Shown here: positions 1 through 9,070 of the stretch, piece after piece | How positions within the stretch are numbered: position 1 is the stretch's first letter | How the letters are laid out: each line of letters starts with the position of its first letter | DNA from: a virus | IMG/VR virus record: IMGVR_UViG_3300010388_000228 | Coordinates: 34,183 to 98,182 of that record | Strand: one strand, 5' to 3' | DNA: 64,000 nt | Notes under the pieces: model-generated | What the model saw: only the letters and a program-made list of their open reading frames with translations | What the model was told of the DNA's origin: nothing | The model's database searches: none | Translations under genes and position numbers: made by a program

Positions 1-359
1 TTTTTATTATCACTACCCTCTTTCTTTTTAAATCCAATCCACTTATGAAAATAGATTGTATTATTATCGTAACTACACATACATAGCAACAACCATACTA
101 ATTTAGGATGGTGTTGTAATAAAAACCAATCCTTGTTATAATAATCATTTACTGTACATACAAAATGTTCTTGTATTTTACGCGATTGTCCTTCGACATT
201 ACTAATAAATCGATTTAAAATAAAGAAATCGCCTTTAAGTGATTTTTTATTTTCGTCGCTAAGTGCATCCCACAAGTATCGCATATTAGTGTCAACTGCT
301 TCTAATTTTTCACTTAACTTAATTTCGCTTTGAATTTCAGGTTGTAATTCTTCTTTCAT
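1..359 (-). CDS. Clamp-loader small subunit (T4 gp62-like), runs off the left edge of the window
   Basis: Not in the ORF track. Hand translation from ATG at 359 gives MKEELQPEIQSEIKLSEKLEAVDTNMRYLWDALSDENKKSLKGDFFILNRFISNV...TVNDYYNKDWFLLQHHPKLVWLLLCMC...YFHKWIGFKKK, open to position 1. The 'FILNRFIS...VN...HPKL.W...FHKWI.K' pattern resembles gp62 and the gene sits in the replication cluster. Confidence 0.6.
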   Translation of the reverse strand, partial: MKEELQPEIQSEIKLSEKLEAVDTNMRYLWDALSDENKKSLKGDFFILNRFISNVEGQSRKIQEHFVCTVNDYYNKDWFLLQHHPKLVWLLLCMCSYDNNTIYFHKWIGFKKKEGSDNK

Positions 360-361
360 TT

Positions 362-988
362 TTATTCTTCCTTAGGTACAATTGATGCTTCAAATGATAC
401 AACAGTTCTATTGCCAATGCCCGACCATGGATTTACCGTATGCGATAAACAGCTAGGAAACAGAACATATGTTCCAGGAGTTGCATCAGTTTGCCATGTG
501 TCTTGCATTATAAATCTGGATATATCCTTAGTTTGTGGTAATTTTAATACAAACTTTCCATCGGATGGATTACTTGTTGTATCTAACTCAGGTACACTAA
601 TGTATATGTTTCCGCTAATGTTACTGCCTAAATGACTATGCAATGTTTGATAACTTCCTGATGTTTGGCGTGTAGTCCATACATTAGTAACTACCGGCTT
701 GCAAATTTTAAGATCTGACGAACCTGAATGTTCTGATATAATATCTATATAATCTTGTGAAATCTTTGTTAACCATTGCGTAAGCCATAGTACATTTAAT
801 TCAATTCGTGATGGTTGAATTTGAATATGTTGGCCGCCTCGTACATTTACAAATGGATTATTAGTTTCATTTAAATCGATACGACTATGCAAGTCCTCAA
901 CTAAATTAAATAGTTTACTAAATTCAACAGGCGGAACTTGATCCGCCGCAACAATAGTTGGCGTAAAATATGCTACTTTATATGCCAT
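362..988 (-). CDS. Putative 2OG-Fe(II) oxygenase (TIGR02466-like, HxH type)
   Basis: Motifs W...Q.LHSH...ISG.IYI, LFPS.L.H.V.P and R..VSF; N-terminal YFTPTI is typical of this phage family. Confidence 0.75.
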   Translation of the reverse strand: MAYKVAYFTPTIVAADQVPPVEFSKLFNLVEDLHSRIDLNETNNPFVNVRGGQHIQIQPSRIELNVLWLTQWLTKISQDYIDIISEHSGSSDLKICKPVVTNVWTTRQTSGSYQTLHSHLGSNISGNIYISVPELDTTSNPSDGKFVLKLPQTKDISRFIMQDTWQTDATPGTYVLFPSCLSHTVNPWSGIGNRTVVSFEASIVPKEE

Positions 989-996
989 AATATCTC

Positions 997-1503
997 CTAT
1001 AACAGTTTATCTAAATGTATCATCTCACTATGCCTTGATACTTCTTTTACAAAGAATGCACACTCAGGCTGGTTTGAGATTTGTAACGGTGTTGTTAGTA
1101 AATGCCCAACTTTTATTTTAGGAAAATACCATTTAATATCATTATAAAAATTTACTATCTCAATTGGGCTAAATTCAATTCTAAAGTCAGAGATTGGGTT
1201 AAACACAAGTGCGCTAAACCCTCGATCGTTTAAGCTAGTTAATGGTAATATTTCAATGTTAGTTGCACTACTACTATCACCTACTGCTATGCACCAATCT
1301 ATTGGCATCATGATTTCTTTACCTCCAATTTTTAAAACAATTGCAGGTGCGTTAAATGATTCTAAATATATTAGTGGCATAAAATAGAAATCTGGATCTT
1401 GCGGATTACTATTATCTAAGACACTAAATTTCATATTCTCATCAACTTCGTCTGGTAAATTATTCAACGAAAATGATTCGTTTGATGTTGTTAAAATTTG
1501 CAT
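997..1503 (-). CDS. Hypothetical beta-rich protein (possible degenerate Hint-like fold)
   Basis: 168-aa ORF tightly packed downstream of uvsW; no catalytic motif recognised with confidence. Confidence 0.6.
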   Translation of the reverse strand: MQILTTSNESFSLNNLPDEVDENMKFSVLDNSNPQDPDFYFMPLIYLESFNAPAIVLKIGGKEIMMPIDWCIAVGDSSSATNIEILPLTSLNDRGFSALVFNPISDFRIEFSPIEIVNFYNDIKWYFPKIKVGHLLTTPLQISNQPECAFFVKEVSRHSEMIHLDKLL

Positions 1504-1504
1504 A

Positions 1505-2968
1505 TTATTTCCAGTCTATTTTATTAATGTCGAATTCGTATTTTGCATCTTTATAAAATTTCTTTCGTTCTGCAAGATGTCGTTTAGCATACTTACACGT
1601 ACTTGTTACATCGTAAATTTGTACAAAATCTTTATCATGGGCTTTTCTAATACCTCTACCGATACTTTGAATTACTCGTGTAAAACTTTTACCTGCTTCA
1701 ATTAGTACTAAGTTAAAGATACGTGGAATGTTAATACCTACAGCTGCTACACCGTATGTAGCTACAATAATTTTATTTGATGATGTTTTAATTTCGTCGT
1801 ATTCTGTTTTTCTATCTTTTGTTTTTACACTGCCTGATACAAAAACTGCATCTGGAATGTTTTCAAGTATTATATTACCGCTTTCTATACGTCCTACTAA
1901 TACTAATGTGTTACCAGTTTCTGCAATTATTTTAATTTGTTCACTAATGTATCTCATTCGATCTTCATTAGTAACTTGATACTTTAATTCGTCAGTATAC
2001 GATCTAAATGACGGTAAGTCAATCAGTTGTAACACCTTAACATGACACGCAGATAACACACCTGCATCTTGTAATTCATGTGCTTTAATACCGCCTACTA
2101 CTGGTCCAATGCTTGCAAATATTTGTTCGTATTCGAACTTTTCTTTAGGAACTGTTCCTGTTAATCCCCAACGAATTGGTGCATTACATAAGTTATGTGT
2201 AAGTAGATTTTTTAATACATCGGCTTTTGCCATATGTACTTCGTCAACAATTACTGCGCTTACGCCGTCTAAAAATTCTGCTAATGTTACAATATCATGT
2301 TCTGAGTTTTTACTTTTCTTATCTAATATATTAAGGCTTTGCCACGTACATATTGTATGTGTTTTGTTTAAGTCCTTGCGGTCACCGTAATACATACCGA
2401 CATCTAAATCAACATTTACAAAGTCTTCATGTGTTTGTTCTACTAAACTTTTGTTTGGTACAATAACTATAGTACGTCCTTGCGACTCACAGATATGTGC
2501 TAGTGTAGCAGTTGTAATCGTTTTACCTGCACCGGTTGCAATCTCCTGTAATGCTTGTGGTTGTGTTAAAAACTTATTAATAGCGTCTACTTGGTAATCA
2601 CGTAACATAATCGGCTTACCTGCATCATTGTGGCCTTCTGGCCACACTTTACCTAAGTCTGCCCAATATGTTTCTGTTACTGGTGTAAATGCTAAGTTAA
2701 ATGGTTTACGTAAATCTTCAATATCATCAATAGCTACACCCATCTTATTAAGGATTGCAAGTATTGATTCTAAGTTGTTTAAGTATCCAGTTCCACCTAT
2801 GCCAAATAAGCTAACAGTACCGTCCCATCTACCTAATTTAAATGCAGGCTGATATCTAGCATATGGTACTTCATATTTAAATGCACTTGCTAATTTCTTT
2901 CTTGCATCTAACGGTAGATGCTCAAATTTGATGTTAACTTCGTCTTTTATTACTAATTTGACTCCCAT
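1505..2968 (-). CDS. uvsW: UvsW-like SF2 DNA helicase
   Basis: LRDYQ Q-motif, ATGAGKT Walker A, DEVH, GLTGT and QSIGRGIR motif VI; adjacent to uvsY/uvsX. Confidence 0.92.
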   Translation of the reverse strand: MGVKLVIKDEVNIKFEHLPLDARKKLASAFKYEVPYARYQPAFKLGRWDGTVSLFGIGGTGYLNNLESILAILNKMGVAIDDIEDLRKPFNLAFTPVTETYWADLGKVWPEGHNDAGKPIMLRDYQVDAINKFLTQPQALQEIATGAGKTITTATLAHICESQGRTIVIVPNKSLVEQTHEDFVNVDLDVGMYYGDRKDLNKTHTICTWQSLNILDKKSKNSEHDIVTLAEFLDGVSAVIVDEVHMAKADVLKNLLTHNLCNAPIRWGLTGTVPKEKFEYEQIFASIGPVVGGIKAHELQDAGVLSACHVKVLQLIDLPSFRSYTDELKYQVTNEDRMRYISEQIKIIAETGNTLVLVGRIESGNIILENIPDAVFVSGSVKTKDRKTEYDEIKTSSNKIIVATYGVAAVGINIPRIFNLVLIEAGKSFTRVIQSIGRGIRKAHDKDFVQIYDVTSTCKYAKRHLAERKKFYKDAKYEFDINKIDWK

Positions 2969-4179
2969 TTATTCCTCGTTTCTATAATTGGTTCTACTGG
3001 TACATGCGATATAACTAAGTCACATCGATTAGCATATACTGCAGTTTTACTATGGCGTAATGTATTTTTAATACACAGCACACTCATTGGTTGCCATTTT
3101 TCTTTAAGAAAGAATTTAGGTAGTTTACCACCTAACACTGCTGCAACCTGCGTATCGTTGTTCAACACACTATTATACTGCCTTTTTCCAATTGCGTCAT
3201 TAAATATCTTTCCATCAGGTGTGTTATCTAATCTAAAATGGAATCCAATGTTATCAGTAATACCGTTTGATGTTAACGCATGTGCTAATTCGTTAAATTG
3301 TGTTATTGTAATAAGATCAGTTGATTGTTCGAACACTACTAGTAGTGGAAATCGTTTTAATTCAATTAATGATTTAATAACATCGTTAATTGAATACGCA
3401 TTACTATTAACCCATATTTTAGTTTTTTCACGATTTGCAATATTCTTTGTTAATTCATACTCGGTTTGAAAATCGTCAATTTTTGTTGTGTATTGATATC
3501 TCAATCTGCGATCATTTATAATTGCAGGCGGTAAGTTAGATATATCGCCAAGATCAGATGCAATACAATCTTGAAATCTTGGGTAAGGCATTTTATTAAG
3601 GTTGTACATATCTTCAATATCTGATTTGTCCCATAACTTAATAGTAGTATAGTAGTCTCGTAATGTTGTTTCAATTTCAAAGTTATACGGAGTTAATTTT
3701 TCAATAATTGCTACTAAGTTTTCTTCAGTAAAATCTGCATAGTATAACGAACCGGATTTTACTTGCCATAAGATTTCAGCAAGCGGTTTTAACTCATTAC
3801 GGATTATAGAAGAAAATGTAAAGTCAATTGCAATTACACCTGTATAGTTTTCCTTTAATAAGTGAATATTAATTTGATTAGAGCCTGCTGGAATATGATA
3901 TATCTTTTTTATATCAGGTAATACACGGAAGTCTTTTTTCCACAGCGGATCGTTAATATACTCTGCATAGTCCGAGTTAGCTAACAGCATAAACGGCGCA
4001 TACAGTTGATTGCTTAATATTTGAAGTAACAAATTACTTTGTTTTTCGGTAATGTAAGTATCGGTTTGCATTGCATTGTGTAAACTTTGCAATGTGCGAG
4101 TGTCTCTTGATGAGAAAGGAAGGGTAGTTGTCATTGCTTCTAAAAATACAAAATGAAGCAAACTATCAATTGTTTTCAT
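2953..4179 (-). CDS. Hypothetical protein
   Basis: 408-aa ORF co-oriented with and overlapping the uvsW start by 16 nt; no motif recognised. Confidence 0.7.
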   Translation of the reverse strand: MKTIDSLLHFVFLEAMTTTLPFSSRDTRTLQSLHNAMQTDTYITEKQSNLLLQILSNQLYAPFMLLANSDYAEYINDPLWKKDFRVLPDIKKIYHIPAGSNQINIHLLKENYTGVIAIDFTFSSIIRNELKPLAEILWQVKSGSLYYADFTEENLVAIIEKLTPYNFEIETTLRDYYTTIKLWDKSDIEDMYNLNKMPYPRFQDCIASDLGDISNLPPAIINDRRLRYQYTTKIDDFQTEYELTKNIANREKTKIWVNSNAYSINDVIKSLIELKRFPLLVVFEQSTDLITITQFNELAHALTSNGITDNIGFHFRLDNTPDGKIFNDAIGKRQYNSVLNNDTQVAAVLGGKLPKFFLKEKWQPMSVLCIKNTLRHSKTAVYANRCDLVISHVPVEPIIETRNKWESN

Positions 4180-4201
4180 GTGTTATACACCTATAAAAGT
4201 A

Positions 4202-4218
4202 ACGGGCACTAAGCCCGT
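4202..4218 (-). terminator. Possible intrinsic terminator after uvsY
   Basis: ACGGGC-actaa-GCCCGT hairpin followed on the minus strand by TACTTTT. Confidence 0.5.
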
Positions 4219-4226
4219 CATAATAA

Positions 4227-4682
4227 TTAAAGAGTTGCGTCTTCCATGCCTGCACATCTTAATCGTATAATGTTGCTTAATGCATACGATTTTTGATCTA
4301 AGGCTTTTGTAATACCCAACCATTGATTTCTCAGTAACGCAAATTCATTTATAATCTTTTCATATTCGATTACTTCGTCTTCACCTTCTACATATTTTTC
4401 ACAGTCGCGACTACTTAATGCTCTTGCGTATGTTTCTAAATACTTTCTAAAGTGATAACTCTTTAATCTTTTAAATTCAATGTTAAGGAACTCTAGGATA
4501 GCTTCAATTTCTTGAAGCTGTCCATATCTGTGTTCTACAATGCCTGGCATTGCAGCAGATGCTTTTTCTACGTTCCCTGCTATTTTACATTCTTTTTTGG
4601 CATCTGTCAACTCTGCTTCAAAGTGCAGAATACCATCAGGCAATCTTGTAATATCTCTAGTAATTGTAGAATACCAACTCAT
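4227..4682 (-). CDS. uvsY: UvsY-like recombination mediator
   Basis: 151-aa helical protein (Y.RALSSRD.EKYVEGE..., L..KSY.L.NI..LR.AG) lying between uvsX and uvsW, as in T4-like phages. Confidence 0.75.
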   Translation of the reverse strand: MSWYSTITRDITRLPDGILHFEAELTDAKKECKIAGNVEKASAAMPGIVEHRYGQLQEIEAILEFLNIEFKRLKSYHFRKYLETYARALSSRDCEKYVEGEDEVIEYEKIINEFALLRNQWLGITKALDQKSYALSNIIRLRCAGMEDATL

Positions 4683-4915
4683 TAGAACTCCAGTTCGTCG
4701 TAGCCGTCGTCTTCGTCTTCATTATCTTCAAGATAATAATTAATTGCTTGATCTAATGTAGGGTCAATGCCAGTTGCACCTAAAAAGGTACGATCAGTAG
4801 CACCAAAGTCTGCAAGCAATTCAATAAATCTTTCAGCAGCAATTTCTGCTTGCTTTTTATCAATATAATCTGCAAACAATAACCATACATCAGCAATTTG
4901 TGTTTCATTCAACAT
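4682..4915 (-). CDS. Small acidic hypothetical protein
   Basis: Likely start MLNETQIADVW at 4915, overlapping the uvsX stop; the longer track start at 4996 lies deep inside uvsX. Acidic C-terminal tail. Confidence 0.6.
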   Translation of the reverse strand: MLNETQIADVWLLFADYIDKKQAEIAAERFIELLADFGATDRTFLGATGIDPTLDQAINYYLEDNEDEDDGYDELEF

Positions 4916-5993
4916 CGTCATTCTCCATAACGTAATCATTGAGTTCATCTGTATCATCAATATCAGAAGATAATACAGGCATATCAGTAAATTCATTCAT
5001 TGCTCTTAGTAGAGCATCGTTTGCATTACTTTCCCACTCTTTACGGTATTGTTTAATTTCAGTACCATCAGTAGCCACGTATTTAAGTCTATTACCATCT
5101 TTTGATAGAATACCTTTTTTCTCAAATAAGTCAACTAATCCGCTAAATGGATTCATACCTGTAGTATACGGAATTTTAATTTGCAACGACTCAAATGGTT
5201 TAGCATAACGTGTTTTCATAATTTTACATGAGGCACGAATACCGTTAACTTCGCTAACTTTGTTACCATCTAGATCTTCTTTTAGTTTAAGTTTTTTCAT
5301 TGCAACTACAATACTAGATGCATAGATAAACCCTTGACCGCCTGAAATTTTGTCATCTGGATCAAACATATCTTGTGATGCATAACTATGGTTAGTACAT
5401 ACTAGTCCTACATTATGACTACCAAACATATTAACACAGTTACGAACAAGTGCTGTAAGTGCTTTAGGTTTACGACCCATATCACCTTTTAAATCACCTG
5501 CTTCGAATTGATTAATGTCTGTTGGAGTTAATAACATACCTAGTGAATCTACTACAAATAAGACTTTTGGTTTGTCTTCCATAGCTTTATATTCTTTCAT
5601 AAACTCACTGATAGTTTTAGCTACGTCATCAATCATAGCCATGTTAAGTTTAAGAAGTTTTTCTTCACTTGTGTCTACACCTAATGCGTGTAGCCAAGCT
5701 TCGTCTAATGCGTTTTCAGAATCGATCAGTACTACATAGATGTTCTGTTCTTGCGCGTGTTTAATGATGTTACCTGAACAAATATAACTTTTACCTGCAC
5801 CTGATTCTCCTGCAAACACAGTTACTTTGCCTAATGGTATACCTTTGTTGAAATCTGAACTAATAAGGTAGTTAAGTGCATAGTTGCCTGTACTAACCCA
5901 ATCTGTAGGATCGTTAAAGCCTACACCTAGGCCATCAATGCTTTTTGTTAGAGTTTTTCGAAATTTTGTTAAATCAAAGGGACGAGTAGCCAT
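4905..5993 (-). CDS. uvsX: UvsX / RecA-like recombinase
   Basis: GESGAGKS Walker A, IDSENALD, VVDSLGML and ISGGQGFIYASS motifs; GGAG RBS upstream. Confidence 0.93.
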   Translation of the reverse strand: MATRPFDLTKFRKTLTKSIDGLGVGFNDPTDWVSTGNYALNYLISSDFNKGIPLGKVTVFAGESGAGKSYICSGNIIKHAQEQNIYVVLIDSENALDEAWLHALGVDTSEEKLLKLNMAMIDDVAKTISEFMKEYKAMEDKPKVLFVVDSLGMLLTPTDINQFEAGDLKGDMGRKPKALTALVRNCVNMFGSHNVGLVCTNHSYASQDMFDPDDKISGGQGFIYASSIVVAMKKLKLKEDLDGNKVSEVNGIRASCKIMKTRYAKPFESLQIKIPYTTGMNPFSGLVDLFEKKGILSKDGNRLKYVATDGTEIKQYRKEWESNANDALLRAMNEFTDMPVLSSDIDDTDELNDYVMENDDVE

Positions 5994-6736
5994 TAGTTAT
6001 CTCCGTGTGTTAGTTTTCTATTTTCTTTTTTGTTATGTTTGCCAAACCGATCTTTACGTTCTTCTGCTGTCATTTTAGATATTTGTTCTTTCTTTATATT
6101 ACTCATTTTTTTACATATTTCTGCATTATGAGTATACTCTAATTTTGCTTGAGATTCTCTCATTTTTTGTTTAGTTTCATCAGTATGCTTCATACCGATA
6201 TGACCATTAGATTTACCTTTTTTTGCTAAAGAAATTGCCAATTTTCTCTCTTCAGACATAGGGCCTCTAAGTTTTCCACTTAATGATGCTTTTATTTTTT
6301 GACGCTGTTCGTTGGTAAATCCTCGGCGTTTAGCAGATGCACTCATTTTCTTAATAGTTTCAACCGAATGACGCTTATTGAGCATTCCGGTAATACCTTG
6401 TTTAATATTCTCTCTCATTTTTTTTCGAGTTGATGGTCCTGGATTTATTAATCCATCGCCGCCATCTGTTAAATTGTGTAATATTCCAGTACCAATATCC
6501 TTTCTACCATAAAACGATATTAACTCTATTTCTAATGAAATTGCTGCTGACTCGAATAAATTTTCTTTTATGAATTTAATTTTTGATTTATCTTTTGGAA
6601 CGCCGATTCTACCATGCGTCTCAAACGCTCGATTTTTTTTACCTTTACCGATATAATACGGGGTATTATCAGATTTTCTTAAATAACTGTAAACATAAAA
6701 AATAGGGGTATTATTATCAAAGGGTTTTGTTGCCAT
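5993..6736 (-). mobile_element. Free-standing GIY-YIG homing endonuclease with NUMOD3 repeats (Seg-like)
   Basis: FYVYSY...PYYIGKG (GIY-YIG), R and E core residues, NLTDGGDG, and several H(S/T).ET..KM NUMOD3-type repeats. AGGAG RBS before the ATG at 6736. Confidence 0.85.
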
Positions 6737-6755
6737 GAGGATACTCCTAATAATG

Positions 6756-6783
6756 TAGTGTAGCAAGACCCCTTGCTACACTA
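6756..6783. promoter_or_regulatory. Perfect 12-bp hairpin between gp32 and the endonuclease RBS
   Basis: TAGTGTAGCAAG-accc-CTTGCTACACTA; no U-tract on the minus strand, so it may be a processing or stabilising stem rather than a terminator. Confidence 0.55.
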
Positions 6784-6795
6784 ATCACTTGTATA

Positions 6796-7800
6796 TTAAG
6801 CGCCGCGGTTTCTAATTTTTGCTAAGATATCAGCTGCTCTTGAATCACTTGCAGGTGCTGCTTCAGCTACTGCAGGTGGTGGAGTATATGCGTTAACAAT
6901 ACCGGCTGGTTCATCCCATGGCATTTCTTCAGTAGTATGCACTGCAGGTGCAACAACAGGTGCTACCGTAGCAACGGGAGTTGCAACTGATGCAGGTGCG
7001 TCGCTTTCTGAAATACCATATGGTCTAAAGTATTTTCCCCAACGTTCAATGTCGTATGCTTCGCCATTAACTGATGCTTCAAACATTTCCATCATAACTT
7101 TAAGTTCAACTTCGTTTGGTTTTTTAGGTAAGTACTCTGATAAATCAGGTAAACCATATTTGTCAATTGCTGCGCGTTCTTCTTCACCGAGTGGACGTGT
7201 ACGTCTGCTCCATGTAGAAGTAGAGTAATCTGCATAACCGCCTTTTGTACCAACCTTTAAACGGAAATCAAATCCGTTAACGTAGTCTGTAGGTAATTCT
7301 GTAAATTCGTCGTCAAGCAATGCTGCGTGGATTAATTTGTAAATTTGTGGACCAATCACAAATCTACGAATTGGATTTTCAGGTTTTTCTTGTTCGCCAA
7401 GACCGTCTTCAGGAACAAATCCGTGGAAGATATATGATTTCTTTTTCCAGTATTTACGACCCATTTCTTCTAATGAAGGATCTTTAAACCAAGGACGCAC
7501 TTCTGAAAGAATTGGACATACTGAACCGTCGTTGTACATTTCAACGCATGGTACATTTACTACTACTGGTTTGCTATCGGTACGACCTTTGATACCTGCG
7601 AAAGGTAATTTGATTACAGAACGTTCAGCCCAGAAAAAAGTATTGTTTGGGTTGCCGTCTGGTAAGAATCTAAAAACTGCTTCACCACCGTTTTTAATAG
7701 TCCAGAAAGGATAAATTGATTTATCACCGCCTGTGTTGCTATCTGTACTACGTGTTTCTGCCGCTTTTAATTTTGCTCTGATTTCTGCTAATGTTGCCAT
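6796..7800 (-). CDS. Single-stranded DNA-binding protein (T4 gp32-like)
   Basis: MATLAEIRAKLK start, RFLP, CP..., YWKKKSY, G.DFRLK...GGYADYS.S.W motifs and C-terminal A.DIL.KIR.R. Confidence 0.9.
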   Translation of the reverse strand: MATLAEIRAKLKAAETRSTDSNTGGDKSIYPFWTIKNGGEAVFRFLPDGNPNNTFFWAERSVIKLPFAGIKGRTDSKPVVVNVPCVEMYNDGSVCPILSEVRPWFKDPSLEEMGRKYWKKKSYIFHGFVPEDGLGEQEKPENPIRRFVIGPQIYKLIHAALLDDEFTELPTDYVNGFDFRLKVGTKGGYADYSTSTWSRRTRPLGEEERAAIDKYGLPDLSEYLPKKPNEVELKVMMEMFEASVNGEAYDIERWGKYFRPYGISESDAPASVATPVATVAPVVAPAVHTTEEMPWDEPAGIVNAYTPPPAVAEAAPASDSRAADILAKIRNRGA

Positions 7801-7935
7801 ATTATAATTTCCTATTGTGTTTTGAGTTAACACACAGATTTTACTCTGTGTGTTATATAGCCTAAGTGTTTTATTACTAATATTTTTTTGTTTTATACTA
7901 ATATATAAGTTGCCTTACTTTTAAAGTATGTGCAT

Positions 7936-7964
7936 ATTATATACTCTATTATTTATATGAGCAA
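7936..7964 (-). promoter_or_regulatory. Sigma70-type promoter for gp32 with a T4 late promoter (TATAAATA, 7950-7957) nested in its spacer
   Basis: Minus strand reads TTGCTC-N17-TATAAT; the spacer contains TATAAATA. Confidence 0.65.
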
Positions 7965-7992
7965 GTGAAATCTTTCACTTTTTCAATTTATT

Positions 7993-9069
7993 TTACCATT
8001 TTGCTAATTGTATAATTCTAGCTAAACTATCTTCTTGACCGAATGTAACCGATTCACGCATACCTTGGAAATTAACACCTAGCGGTCCCTGCGCAGTTGA
8101 TGCAGTAGATGGCGGAGTTGCAGGTATTGCAGCATTTGCCGCTTGCGCTACATTGCGTGTAAGCGTATCAGGGCTGTTAAGGTTAGATTGTCCTTGTGCA
8201 ACCGCTTGTTGTGATGCTGCAGTCTTTTGTGATTGTTGACCATGGTACATGTTGATCGCATGCTGCTCATCTGATGGAAGATTTACATACGCTGCGTTTG
8301 CTGCAAGATTTGCATCGGTTTGAGCGTTACCTGATGATACAGTACCGTCGGGATTAACATATCCTGCAGTACCGGGTGCTGCTTTTTGAGCTGCTGCCGG
8401 GTGTGCTGCTGCCGGGTGTGCTGCTGCCGGGTGTGCTGCTGCCGGATGTGCTGCTGCCGGATGTGCTGCTGCAGCTGGTTTATTCCCAGCCATTTGGAAT
8501 CCAGCAGGTGGTTGAATGCCAGCTCTTGCTAGAGCCTGCATTGTTTGCGCACCAATTAATCCGTCAGTTGCTAATGGTTTACCGAATTGATCTTTATTCA
8601 CTTTTTGAAATGCAATGATTTCGTCACGTGTAGTTGGCCATTTTCCGGGAGGAGTAGCTGTTGTTGGTTTTGCGCTTGTACCTTGTTGGGTCGGCTGAGT
8701 AGTTTGACCGGATGCTTTTTTTGCATCTAACTCCTGTTGAGCGTAACTTACATGTTGATGTTTGTGCGGTGTAACAGGTTGTTGCTGAGTTTGCTGATTA
8801 GCAACAGGTTGTTGCTGAGTTTGCTGATTAGCAACAGGTTGTTGAGCAGTAGGTTCTAACTGTTGAAAAAATGCATTAGGATCAGTAAGTACACCTGAGT
8901 TATCAGCATTTTTATTAGCAGCTGCAGTAGCAGCTGCAGCTGCTTCGCCTTGTTTTCGAGTAGCAATACGCTGCTTTGCAGCATCCATCGAAGCATCTTC
9001 GTAAATTGCTAATTTTTCTGTTAATTGTTTAACTCTAAATAAGAGCGCATTTTCTGTAATTTTTATCAT
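7993..9069 (-). CDS. Low-complexity probable internal head protein with a peptidoglycan-binding-like motif
   Basis: I.AFQK.....L..DGLIG.QT..AL resembles the PG_binding_1 signature. Q/P/A repeats. C-terminal ESVTF.QEDSLARI.Q.A.W is shared with the neighbouring gene. Confidence 0.6.
   Translation of the reverse strand: MIKITENALLFRVKQLTEKLAIYEDASMDAAKQRIATRKQGEAAAAATAAANKNADNSGVLTDPNAFFQQLEPTAQQPVANQQTQQQPVANQQTQQQPVTPHKHQHVSYAQQELDAKKASGQTTQPTQQGTSAKPTTATPPGKWPTTRDEIIAFQKVNKDQFGKPLATDGLIGAQTMQALARAGIQPPAGFQMAGNKPAAAAHPAAAHPAAAHPAAAHPAAAHPAAAQKAAPGTAGYVNPDGTVSSGNAQTDANLAANAAYVNLPSDEQHAINMYHGQQSQKTAASQQAVAQGQSNLNSPDTLTRNVAQAANAAIPATPPSTASTAQGPLGVNFQGMRESVTFGQEDSLARIIQLAKW
8387..8470. repeat. 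15-bp tandem repeat (AAHPA x5)
   Basis: GCTGCTGCCGG(G/A)TGT units in tandem. Confidence 0.85.
8772..8845. repeat. 30-bp tandem repeat (QQPVANQQTQ)
   Basis: AACAGGTTGTTGCTGAGTTTGCTGATTAGC repeated about 2.3 times. Confidence 0.85.
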
Positions 9070-9070
9070 C

